A stretch of DNA of 64,000 nucleotides. Origin: Magallana gigas. Its lineage: Eukaryota. How positions within the stretch are numbered: the first letter of the stretch is position 1; each line of letters opens with the position of its first letter. The notes beneath the pieces were generated by a model. The model had not been told where the DNA came from. It was given only the letters and a program-made list of their open reading frames with translations, and ran no database searches. Shown here piece by piece: positions 51,075-62,718 of the stretch. The stretch is from assembly GCF_963853765.1 (NCBI RefSeq), contig NC_088855.1, forward strand, positions 41,974,001 to 42,038,000, written 5' to 3'. The translations under genes were made by a program, and so were the position numbers.

Positions 51075-52138
51075 AGGCTAAGGCAGATTAGGATCAGACA
51101 TGATCATCACGGCATGAAAGATCAGGGGATTCTGTAATAAATATTACTACGTACTTTATTTTAAAAAATCAAAATCAAATACATGCACAAATATAGTTGA
51201 TCTTTGGTAAATGGTTAAACTCATTTGTGACTTCATTTCAGTTCTCTTGCAGATTACCAATCACACAGCTAACATGTATCTAGATAGATGTTATGCATGT
51301 ACATCTGTTATACCGGTATCCATCACAATTTTTTCACATGCCCCCTTTTAAATAAGAGACACATATAGGCCATTGTAGGTGTCCCTCTCCGTCTCCCTGA
51401 CCAAATAGGCCCCGGAGACTAATATCAATTTACGATAGAACAATTTACCTAGACTTATCAAATTGCTCCAGTAGCTGTTAAAATGATTGGATTTATTTAT
51501 ACAGGAAAAGAACAAACACAGCAAGGATGTTTACTTCAGCACGAACATGTTTACAAATGCTCGTGTTTCAACAGCCACACTAAAGCTGTTCACAGTGTTT
51601 AAATCGAAATACTTGCATATTTAAAATTTTTTTTAAAAATTAACAATTTCACTATATGGAGTATATTAGGTTAATACATTCACATAGAAATAAATAAGGC
51701 TCCCTTTATTTTTGTTAGCAAAGTTAAATCAACAATGACAGAGGTTATATGCTTAAATATTTATTAAGAATGTAGCCAATATGGAGAAGATTTAATAGGG
51801 CTACATCGGAAACACTTGCTGAGATAGTCAAAAGGACCAAGGTAGATAATCATGATATTATAGACACACACAGAATGTACATGCAACAGGCCAGGGCATT
51901 TATTCATTGCTTAGTACAGCTCTAAAAGGTAAGGTCAAAACGGGAAGTAGTGATGTAGGAGAAAGGTTAATATAGCAGGTTAATATACAGGTAGCAAGTG
52001 TATTTGTACCTTACATAAACGGTGCCATCTGCAACAGCAATAGCTGCTGATTTGGTAGTACACTTCTAGAGAACTGATAGCTTGATTGGGCTCAAGCAAG
52101 GGAAAGTGATCCACATTCAATCTCATTACATTGCACAG

Positions 52139-52140
<2 letters not shown>

Positions 52141-52177
<37 letters not shown>
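52141..52177. repeat. (CT)n microsatellite
   Basis: Uninterrupted CT run of 37 nt upstream of the SLC5 gene. Confidence 0.95.
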
Positions 52178-52180
<3 letters not shown>

Positions 52181-54491
52181 AGGATTTGAACATGTATTTT
52201 TCCCTTTATAATAAAAAATCACAAGAAGAAGCTCTTTCATTCTTCTGATCGACAAGTTTCAATTTCCATACAATGCAATGCATATAAAATGAAAGCAGAG
52301 AGTGAACTTCGCATAATTTTACAATTATTTGCAAAATACCCTCGGGCTCAGTAGCAATGATTACCTGACAAAAATAAAACATTATGAAGAAAATTAATGA
52401 AATTTTTGAAACGATTTAACTGCAGAGATTTTCTTACCTGGATGTAACAGGTGTCCGACTTTTAGCGTCCACCTTCTCCTAGTGTTTACATGAAATGAAG
52501 CAGAGCGTTTCGAATGAATACAAATGCAATGTTTGCATTAACGAGGACAATTTCAAACAAGGGTGTTTATTATTCAAGGAGTTGAACATTCTCCGCTTGT
52601 TTCACCCTCGTTGGGCACAAATTTTATGCACACAGAGCCAAATTGAATATATACATTTACAGTAATGATTTAGGCTACGATAAACGGTTCAAAGCACTTA
52701 GTTTCAGTGGCAAATGTTTGGTCATATATATGTCATAAATAAAATCATTATAACTTAAGAAAGATTTTATTTAAGTAATGCGATGTAAATTTTAAGAAAA
52801 ATATTCCGTGGAAATCTGCACCCCACTGCTTTAACAATCGGAGCACCGGTACAAGCCAACCTTGTAAGTGGAGTAATTCTATTGTATCAATTTTTAGGCT
52901 ACAGCTGCAGGCATAACTCATGAACATTTTATCAATATATCAAAAAGTAATCCTCCCCTTTTTTTACCGCAAAAATGTGTCTTTTTGAAGTGGTTGCTGA
53001 TGAAATATATTAATAATTAGCCAAAAAAATGAATTATAAATGCATTGAAAGCATACTGAACACCAGATAGGAAAGTTTACAGTGTAATTTTATCTAACGC
53101 GAACAGCATGGAGAGATCTTCATTGGTGGTGTACAGTGATGATCCAGGAGTTAAAGGGGTTCGAGTCTCACACCAAGACGAGCGGGTTCTAATGGGTACC
53201 ACTTGGTCGAATTAATTCTGCTACAAAAAATGGTTCGTACTTTGTTTAAAATTTGTTTTTCAATTAAAATACGTCTACATATATATATTTTCATGTAATG
53301 TTAGTTGATTTGAAATACATATTTTTCAACTTTGGGGAAAATGTATACTACGATGATACCGGTGAAGCCACAAACTCTTTATTGTACTATCTCAATGATA
53401 AAGTAATATTGCCCTTTTAAGATACAGTTTATACTAGAAAATAAAAGAGCGTAGAAAACATTTTTTTGCAGATATAAATGCCAGACAAATCAAAATATAT
53501 GGATTAATAATTGTTTAAAGCAAGATATCCAATAGAATCACCCTGAATTCAAAAACTAATAATTTTGACAGGGAAGTATTTTTTTGCGAAAAATTTTCTA
53601 AAGAAAATAAAAAGGGGATCAAAATATGCAGCACAAGTCAAGATTCGACTCAATACACTGTTTTTAAATTTTATTTACCTTTTAAATTCAGGGACACATT
53701 CTTACATGAAGATCCTGTTTGATAAGTAGCCTTTAAGTCAAATTAAAGTGTGTAAGGGATTGCGCGAAACTGGGAAATTGTTTAGAAAAAGTACAAGAAA
53801 ATTCGGAGCCAACTTTTTGGAAGTCTTTCAAAACCCTGTTTCTTGTTTACATTAATGACCCATCATTTCATTTGATTTCGAAGGAAATCTACATAAACTG
53901 TATTTGAGTGGCGGTAATATTCAAATCTTGACAAACTATATTTAACTGATGTTATTTCTAAATTTAGATAAACTGTTCTTAATTAAAGTTAATATTCAAA
54001 TCAAGCTTAAGACGAACTGTTTTTAATTGAAGTTATTCACAGGAGACTTTAAAAAAAAATTGACGTTTCTCAACAGTTTTATGCGCACAAAGTTGCTACG
54101 TCTTGTAAATTCTAATACTAATATGGCGAAAATTGTATTATTAAGACCTGTTTGCATTTCAAACGTAAATTTCACCCTATGTTTGGAAAAGCTTGATATT
54201 ATCTCACTGACGAGTAAAAAAACAAATTAGGATAGTATTTTAAAATTTCACATCATTTCGCGTCTGTGGGCAAATAATTCTTATTCTCAGGGAATAAACT
54301 ATAATTCTTCTTTTTGTGGTGTATATAGGGTCTATAATAAGACCATTACGAGCGAAAATTCGGAGTCCTCACTTCAAAAACAAACGCAGTTCCTTGTACG
54401 ATTAGATAAAATGATATAGGTCATTATTTGGTATATGTTATTAAGAAATTAGAGTTATAAATCCAGATAACGAAGCGTATATCGCCCAAAA

Positions 54492-54696
54492 ATGGGAGGA
54501 AGCACAACAACTGTTCTATTCCAGATTCTTGTATTGGAATGCTTTTGCATCTTAGTGTCAGTCCAGCTCAATCTTACCCACACGTCATCGAGTGACGACA
54601 TCAGATCTCTACATCAGGAATTGAACACTCTCAGACGAGACTACAACAATGTTCTGTCAGAACTAGCCAACATACGAAAATCATTGGGTACTAGTA

Positions 54697-54740
<44 letters not shown>

Positions 54741-55212
54741 GCATTGATTTTATTGCAATGAAATCAATCAGCAAGAAAAGATTATTTTTTATTTAAACTT
54801 TGTAGATGCTTTCCAACCTGTGGGTTTCACAGCTTGTTTAACGAGGGACAAATCTCTTGGGATTTTGCAGACGATAATATATGACAACGTCATCACAAAC
54901 GTTGGCAATACGTACGACTCACGTCACGGTATTTTTCGGGCACCAGTGAAAGGTCTCTACCATATGACGTTGACATCAATTTCCTATTATGGTAGCGAGC
55001 TTTTTGTGGAGATGGTTAAAGACGGACAAAGAATAACTCATACGTACAGCGGAAGTAAGGACTTTCAATCGTCTTCTGCTTCCGTTAATGTAGTGTTAGA
55101 AGCAGGAAATGATGTCTGGTGTCGTCGTTACCAAGGCGCCAGCACAGTGACAATCAATGCGCAATACAGCGGAACATGTTTTTCGGGATTTCTTTTAAAC
55201 CATATGGTTTGA
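54492..55212 (+). CDS. Secreted C1q-domain-containing protein (signal peptide, short coiled coil, globular C1q domain), 200 aa. Exons 54492-54687, 54806-55212
   Basis: Heptad segment IRSLHQELNTLRRDYNNVLSELANIRKSL. gC1q motifs VGFTACL, IIYDNVITNVGNTYDSRHGIFRAPVKGLYH, LEAGNDVW and FSGFLL. Phase-1 GT-AG intron. Confidence 0.92.
54699..54736. repeat. (TC)19 microsatellite in the C1q intron
   Basis: Uninterrupted TC run. Confidence 0.95.
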
Positions 55213-55562
55213 AATGTACATGTAAAACGATACTAGTAAATTCTGAAAAAAAATGTCCTTTTTTCTTTAACGTGGTCTTTTTATGTGGAAGTTTAGCATT
55301 CTTCTGCGGGGGTTTTTGTATATAGTCTGAACCAAGATGATAAAATAACCGAGTTTCACATCAGTCTATTACTATATCATCGTCGCAAACCACGGCAATT
55401 AAGACCATGTTGAGACAATATAGAACTCTTTGAGGAGAGGAGTTCTGTATAAATACATCAGGAATCATTCAAATTTTACAGTGAAAAAATATACAGTTTT
55501 ATCTTTACTTGATACAGTTAACAGATAAAAAAAAACATTCTTAACAGCTTTGATTTTATTTC

Positions 55563-56167
55563 AGTAATGCGATGTACGCAGAGCGCCGTTACAAGCCAAC
55601 CTTGTAAGTGGTGTAATTCTATTGTATCAATTTGTAGATTACAGCTGCAGGCATAAATCATGAACATTTTATCAATGTATCAAAAAGTAATCCTCTTCTT
55701 TTTTACTGTAAAAATGTGTCTTCTTAAGTGGTCGCTGATGAAATAAATTAATCATTAGTAAAATTATAAATGCCTTGCATAATATATAAATTACATCAAA
55801 ATATATTTATTTTAATGCAAGTTGATTTGAAATACATATTTTTCAACTTTAGGGAAAATTTATACTACGAAGTTACCGGTTTAGCCACAAACTATTCAAT
55901 GTATCTAAATGATAAAGTAATTGCCCTTTTAGGATACAGTATATACTAGAAAAAATAATTTTTGAAGAAATAAGTGCCAGACAGATCAACTTTCATAGAT
56001 TAATAATTCTTTAATAAACGAAATCCAATAATAAAATCACATTGAATTCAGACATTAATAATTTTGACAAAGTAGTATCTTCTTGCGAAAGATTCTCTAT
56101 AAAAAAAGAAAGAAAATGATCAAAATATGCAGCACATGCCAAGGTTTGATTCCAATATACTTTATTA

Positions 56168-56204
<37 letters not shown>

Positions 56205-59200
56205 TCTATTATTGTGCGGGAAAAAAATTAAGATTATTCTTATTTTTCTTTTTTTTTTTTTGTTTCCTAGACGCGAACTTTGAGGCTTCATATCTTGCTC
56301 ATTTCTAAACGGTTTTTGCTCAAATTTTCAGGGCTAATGTACTTTACAAAACACTATCTTAAGCAATTCATAAAATGTAGAATTCCCTTTCTGTTAAAGA
56401 GTTATTCCCCTTTTAAATTTTTTTAGGGCCTTTTGTTTCCAGACAAAGGCTCCGAGACTATGATAGCAGGGAATGGGAATCCAACGAATTTGAATAACAG
56501 AGACATTGTAGTTGTGCACATCTGTTTATGTTTTTAGATTACGTTTTTTATTTAGGAAAAGGTAGGGGGTCAAAAAACAGGATTCAAAAAAGTGCAAAAA
56601 TTTAGACATGTTTTCCTTTATATCTTTTGAACGAAAAAATTTTTGTAAAGACATGTAGAATAAAAGTTGTGCAAAATAACAAGGGCTTTCATTTGACACC
56701 AATAAAAAGGGGCTGGCCCCTTAAATTAAGGGCCAATGGCTCCTAAAACATTTTGCTTAATAACTCAAAAACGGTTAGGATTTTGATATGGCTGTCGCTG
56801 GAAAAGTTGTTTGTTGGGATCTCATGAAGGTCGTTTCAATGTTATTTTGTAAGTGGTTTGTGTAGTATGAGTGTAAAAAGCTTTACATGTTAGCATGTAC
56901 CTGTTTTTATTTGACAAGTTAACGAAAGACTTTGTGCGTACAACTGGCATGAAGTTACCGCAGAAAGTATGCTGGTTTATACAAGAGGCATTAATTCATA
57001 AGAATTTTTTTTTTTAGAATACATGCTTTTTTTTAGGAGTTTAAGTCGTTGTTAAGTTCTTATAGTGCACAATCCTTAAAAACGGGAATTGGAAAACAAA
57101 ACATTCTTTTTCTTTTCTAGTAAAACACAAAATATGGAATGAAAAAATATATGCATTACCTTTTTAATATAAACATCATGCATTCAAAATCTACCTTGAA
57201 TCAGAGCTGTGTGTGTACCATTACGTAAGCTCTCCCTCGCCCGCGGCCGAGAAAGTCGGTCACCGTGGTCGCGGCTGGACTACCTAGCGGTCAGTGGTTA
57301 TCTAATACACGAGAGTTGCGTCTCTCATATATGAATTTATTTAGCCGCGAACTTAAGAATTGTTTTAGTTTTGATTACACAAAATCTTTTGTGGATTAAA
57401 CGATTGGATGTCAAGTAAGAAATACATGTAGTTCATTTAATTAATAAAAGCAATGTCATTCTCTAAAGCAATAATAGACATAGATCAATGGTGGGTTTTT
57501 AGTTTAAAATAAAGAACTTCTATTTGATAGAGTAAGGTCATTATACTGCAAACTTTTCAAATCTTCCTTGGTTCTGAGCTGTGCGTTTCTGTGCGTTGTA
57601 CCTTTACGTAATCTATCCTTCGCCCACGGCCGAGGAGATCAGCCACGGCTGCATTACCTAGCGGTAAGCGGTTATTTAATACACAAGATTCTCACACCGC
57701 GACTTACACTTGCATACATATGAACGTGTTTGAGTTAATATAGCCGTATATACAAGAACTGTTTTAGTTTTATGTTATAAAGGTTTGTCCTACTTGTATA
57801 TATGATTAAATATTTGAGTGTAAATGAATATTAATGAACGATATTACTCCATATCGGAAAAATCGTTAGACATAAACTAATGGTTGGTTGGTTTATGTAA
57901 ACTACTTTAAGAACTGTACAATTAATGTTTCAAATCAACACCCCCACCCCACCCCCCTCAAATATTAAACCTTTAAATAATGATCATCCCTCGCACATGG
58001 CTGAGGAGATCCGGCGCGAGTGGTTAAGTGATCCGCGGTCGGTTCGTGTTCTTCTACATGTACCTTATGACGCGTTTATGTTTCATATTTTGCACGGACA
58101 CAACTTTATTTTATTATGTTTTCAACTATTATATTGGTTTAAGATAAAGTTATTTTACTTTTACAGTTGATGAAGCATTGATTTATACGATAGCGTACAA
58201 GGTAGTTTAAAAATCAAATCAAATTATAATCAAAGTTCCATGTTACATGTTTGCGGTAGGTGCTAGCACGATAAAGGAATGCCCTGAATTGAGGCATTCG
58301 ATGATTATTTTAGAAAATATTCACATGAGTTTAAACAACTTTAGATTAGATTCTATCGGTCACATATTAATCACTTCTGTAGTTTCATTGTGGAAGCGAA
58401 CTCATTGCTGCACCCCCCCCCACTCCTCCCGCCCCGCTGACAGGTGCTCGCGCTGGATTTTTTTTTTAATTGGAGAAAAGATATCAAGATCTGTCGAAAA
58501 ACATTTTTGGTGGTTTCTTCTTATGTGTAACATTTTGTTTCACTTTCCCACCCCTTTGTTTATTCGGCCAGTCTGTGTTAATTCAATTGCCGCATGCGAT
58601 CGAGAATCTTGTGCCGCTTCAGCGCACACAGCTCAGAACATTTATAGCCCCAGGTCATCAATTGTTATGTATTTGAGTAACAGTTGGAAGGGTGATTTTA
58701 CTACATAAAATAATAAAATCATAATATAATCTATTTTAATTGAGTACCATGCGTATAGATTCCCATAATAATTAATTTTTTTATTTCCTGTCAATGTTTA
58801 CATTTAATTTTGTTCAAATAATTAATAAATTTTCTATCATTTAAATTGTGTGCTTTATCAAATTCTGATTCCGATTACCTTGAATTCATTAATTTTCCAT
58901 TGGCTTTTGACAAAAGAGAGACGCCTGACCATCCAATGAAAACAAATACACAGAGTTTGATTGACAGGTTCAGCCAGGTGCAGGTCTCGCCCGATGTCCG
59001 AGGTTATGTGTGCTGCTTGTACACAGCCGAATGGTCTCAGTAAGAGTTATCGATGTAAATAGATAATAAAAATACATGCTTATCAAAACATGATCGTGCA
59101 AGTTAAAGTTGATTTAGGTTTGTTCCAATAGAAATCATGTTTCGCTAACTGTATTTAATATTTTTTATGTATAGCGAATTTTAATATTGTTTCAGTACTG

Positions 59201-60274
59201 AAACATCGCATGAAAACGTTAAATATACATGTACTCTGTAACTAGTCGTCTTTTAATACATATACCTTTCTTTTGTTTGTTAAAAATTCGTTCAATTTTG
59301 TTAAAGTAATGTAAAACACGCGCGCCATTTTGAAACAATTAACTTGTCAGAGAGTTCCGAATGAAATCTGATGAACGTTTCAAACGGTTCTCGCACGCTT
59401 TGCTCGAAACGATTTACACGCTTTGCCCGAAACGCTAAACGGTTTACATGAAACTCTAAAAGGTTTACACGAAACGTTTCTCGCACGTTGGCCGCACGCT
59501 TTTTTGGTGTAGTAGTACGTTTTAGGGTCTGTAAATTTTGTCAGCACGCAATTCTAAACTTGCACATAGTCTTCTAAAATTTAGAAATATTTTAATATAG
59601 AAGTTATCTTTGAGAAAAGTTTACGTGTTTTGTAGGCGAGTTCAGTTTAAAAAAGAAATACAATTCCTGACATGAATCATGAGTACATACTGTTTAATAT
59701 TTATAACAATGCTTGCTACCCTTTGAAAATTTAACTCGCCATTAAACATGATCTCATTTTTTAAACAATGTTTGAAACGATTACATAAACTCTGCTCGAC
59801 AAATAGTTTTCCTAAAATATTTTCTTCCTTTCTTTTTTCAAAACACGTTTTATATACAGACTTTCAATTACAACACATTTTTATAACAAAAGCAGAACTG
59901 AAAGTATAGTCATTATAATCGTAACATATATTTTCAACTCGCAGCAACAACGGAAGACCTACTCGGGGCTTTGCCACGAGCTCTGCTCTAGTTTGTCTTT
60001 TATATTCAGGAATATAGTCTTACATGAAGATAAGTCATATTTAAGTGTGTAAGGAGTTAAGCGAAAACTGAGCAATTGTTTAGGAAAAGGCTAGAAACTT
60101 CAGAGTCAACTTTTGGAAGCCTTTCAAAACCGTATCTCTTGAAACTTATATCTATGGCCCATCATTTTATTTGAGTTTGATGGGAATCTAGATAAACTGT
60201 ATATCATATATAATATTCAAATCTTTAAAAAAAACAATATTTAACTGATATTAATATTCTAATTTCGATAAACT
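55563..60274 (+). repeat. Diverged direct copy of the C1q upstream segment 52774-53974, split by an insertion block of about 3.8 kb (matching parts 55563-56160 and 60004-60274)
   Basis: Collinear shared blocks: AGTAATGCGATGTA; TACAAGCCAACCTTGTAAGTGG; GTTGATTTGAAATACATATTTTTCAACTT; ATCAAAATATGCAGCACA; ATTCAGG..TCTTACATGAAGAT; CAACTTTT(T)GGAAG..CTTTCAAAACC; GATAAACT. Confidence 0.85.
57200..58040 (+). repeat. Three degenerate copies of a unit with about 375-bp period
   Basis: CC(C/T)TCGC..(C/T)GGC(C/T)GAG at about 57234, 57617 and 57988. Copies 1 and 2 also share TACC.TTACGTAA, TACCTAGCGGT.AG.GGTTAT.TAATACAC and AAGAA.TGTTTTAGTTTT. Confidence 0.65.
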
Positions 60275-60277
60275 AAT

Positions 60278-60372
60278 TAGTCTGGTACCCGCCCCCGCCA
60301 CTGCGTTTTCACTTCGTTTTGGGGTCCCCAAAACGAAGTGAAAACGCAGTGGCGGGGGCGGGTACCAGACTA
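60278..60372. other. Perfect GC-rich palindrome: 47-bp arms with a 1-nt loop
   Basis: TAGTCTGGTACCCGCCCCCGCCACTGCGTTTTCACTTCGTTTTGGGG-T-CCCCAAAACGAAGTGAAAACGCAGTGGCGGGGGCGGGTACCAGACTA. Confidence 0.97.
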
Positions 60373-62074
60373 CTTTCAGATCTCCTCAGTGATTACATGG
60401 AGAGTTTGCATCAACTTCCGTTGCTTTCGATAAGTTTGGCGAGTATCTAGTACATTTCGGAACGATGTGTTTATTATGCAGCGTACAGATGTAGTCAGAC
60501 GATAGGAATAAGTAATTTTAACATTTTACAACCTAGATCTCGTCAGATATCGTTGGAGAAATGGAAGAACTTGTTTAAAACATAGCTTGAAACGAGAACC
60601 CCCTATAAATCCAAGATGGCGAGTGTCGTCCCTTTACTTTTTTTAAAGTACATTGAATACACTTTTTTAACATGACTGAAACGGGGGGTTTCAGTGTATT
60701 TATTTAATGCAATACACAGAAATACTTCAAGATTACCTATCTTAATCAATTTATTCTTCGGGAACAAATAATTAAGAACTTCACTATCCAACAACCAAGC
60801 CCCTGTGGGGCAGACGGTAAGTGAAATAGTGTGAAAATGACATGGATGGGAGGTGGGGCGGTACAGACTGGTAGGGAGGGGACATGTTAGACTACAGGTT
60901 GCACCCTGTCCCGGGGGTCATCTCTCTGAGCAGGGAATACGGTAGGGTGGGGTCTAAATGGGCCAAAATGGGTAAAATTTTGACATTACACAGGGGGGTC
61001 AATTAGACATTTTATTTGATCAGAAAAAAATATGGGTGTCATTTTGGGTAAATTTTTAACCTTAATGTCCTTCCTTAAGTCTAACAGGTAGTTACAAGTC
61101 ATTCTGATCCAGGTGCAAATTATATTTTTCCCCGCAACATAGTGCTAAATGGGGGTACCCCTACCCCACAATTTCATGCATCAAAAAAACTGTCCCCTGC
61201 TACCTAAACCGCGTTCTTGGTTACCTCGTTCTGAAAAGTTCTATTCCATTCTCTCACCAGCGGTCGCGCTTCGCTAGCTTCTATCTATCAAAACTAAAAT
61301 CGCACATTCAAGAAACGATTTGCATTATTTCATTTATTAAGAATTTGTCAAATCTTAACTTCTATGCATAATCCATGTAAGTTTCAAATAAATATATTCA
61401 CTGTTTACGTAATCATTCAATATTATTTCACTGCAAGTATATATTTTATATATTTTAATGCTCAGTCACATTGAATTGGATCCGCCAAAGCGTATCCACC
61501 ATCTTACTCTCATTTTTGCTATTTCGAGCTGGTTTATCGTAAATGAAAGTAGGTTTTTGATTAATTTTACAATAATTACTTATCAGGTAAAATTCAAATA
61601 TAGTTTATGGACATCATATAACACGTGTTGAAATACCAAAGGTGTATAAGCAGTTACTGTGGTGCGGGCATCTTTTAGTTTATTGGCAAAAAGTCTTAAG
61701 TATAGATGTACTAGAAGAAATCTTTCACATGGATTTTCATCTAGTCTTTTAAGTAAAATGTAATCCCAAAAATAAACCGGTGATACTTTCTAGTCTCGTT
61801 AGTCTCATTTCCTATGTCAGCCTATGGTGTACATGGTGTATCAGAACCAGACTTATCCGTAAAGTTTGTTTATTTTTTCCTTGCGACTACCAAAGATGAT
61901 ATTGCATTTTGATAATACTTTTATATTATTTCCATGGATCCATATTCCCTCTTAGAATAGGGCCTTAACACAATGAAACCACTTAATATTTTACTATATG
62001 AAATTACAATTTTAAAAAAATCAATAACACTGTGTTTCAGTGTTATTAATTTTTTTTTAAATCAATAACACTGC

Positions 62075-62718
62075 ATTAATAATCAAAGTACTGAAGAACT
62101 GACGGGAGTTGATTTTGTCGATGTTTATTCATTTTAAAATCAATGATATGTTATTTTGCATGACAAGTACATGTAGTAATCTAATTTGAATTACGCACAT
62201 TTTTATAATATGAATTTTTGGACTTTTTCGCCAAGGATGTAAAGAAACCCCCATATGAATCATGTTAAATAATAATTAAAGATAAAATTAATTCAATCAA
62301 ACTATGTATCAGTAATAGAAATATTTCTCGAAAATTGTATGGATCCAAGCAATATTGAACTCTAGTCTTGTTCAACCAAACGCTCGGCTGACACCGTAAA
62401 TCTCCGACAAGGATTTACGGAGACAGCCGAGCGTCGAGTTGAACGAGACTATATTGAACTCTGGCGTAGGAATACATACGACTACAAAAAATATTTAAAT
62501 CGTTCGTACCATTTAAAATCTGACTATTTTCAATGTATTTATAAATAGGTTTCCTTGAAAAAACAATGAATTAGCATACATTACATCGAATTTATCAATT
62601 ATTTTCAAGAACTAAGTCTTGTCAGCAGCAATGATTTGTGCTGAGGTCCAAACACTGTTTCACTTTCGGTTTGTCTGAGTAACTGCATAGGTGAGTTGAT
62701 TAAAATCAACTCCCAAAA
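62075..62718 (-). mobile_element. Helentron/DINE-like non-autonomous element
   Basis: Subterminal inverted pair GGGAGTTGATTTT (62104) and AAAATCAACTCCC (62702-62714). The right copy also pairs locally with GAGTTGATT to form a hairpin next to a T/A tract, which is the asymmetric layout of Helentron-type elements. Outer boundaries are approximate. Confidence 0.45.
62364..62450. mobile_element. 87-bp hairpin insertion with a 12-bp target-site duplication
   Basis: 39-bp arms with 6 mismatches and a 9-nt loop, termini AGTC...GACT. Flanked by ATATTGAACTCT at 62352-62363 and 62451-62462. Confidence 0.85.

Noticed and set aside
51980-52255. ORF with an ERERER run
   Set aside because: Produced by the (CT)n microsatellite; no other coding signal.
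58247-58708. 153-aa ORF on the plus strand
   Set aside because: It crosses poly-C and poly-T repeat-like sequence, has no recognisable motif and no supporting exon chain.
59330-59516. Short ACACG/GAAACG repeats ending in TTTTTGGTGTAGT, a possible CACTA terminus
   Set aside because: The terminal C does not match and no second end or target duplication was found, so it is too weak to call.
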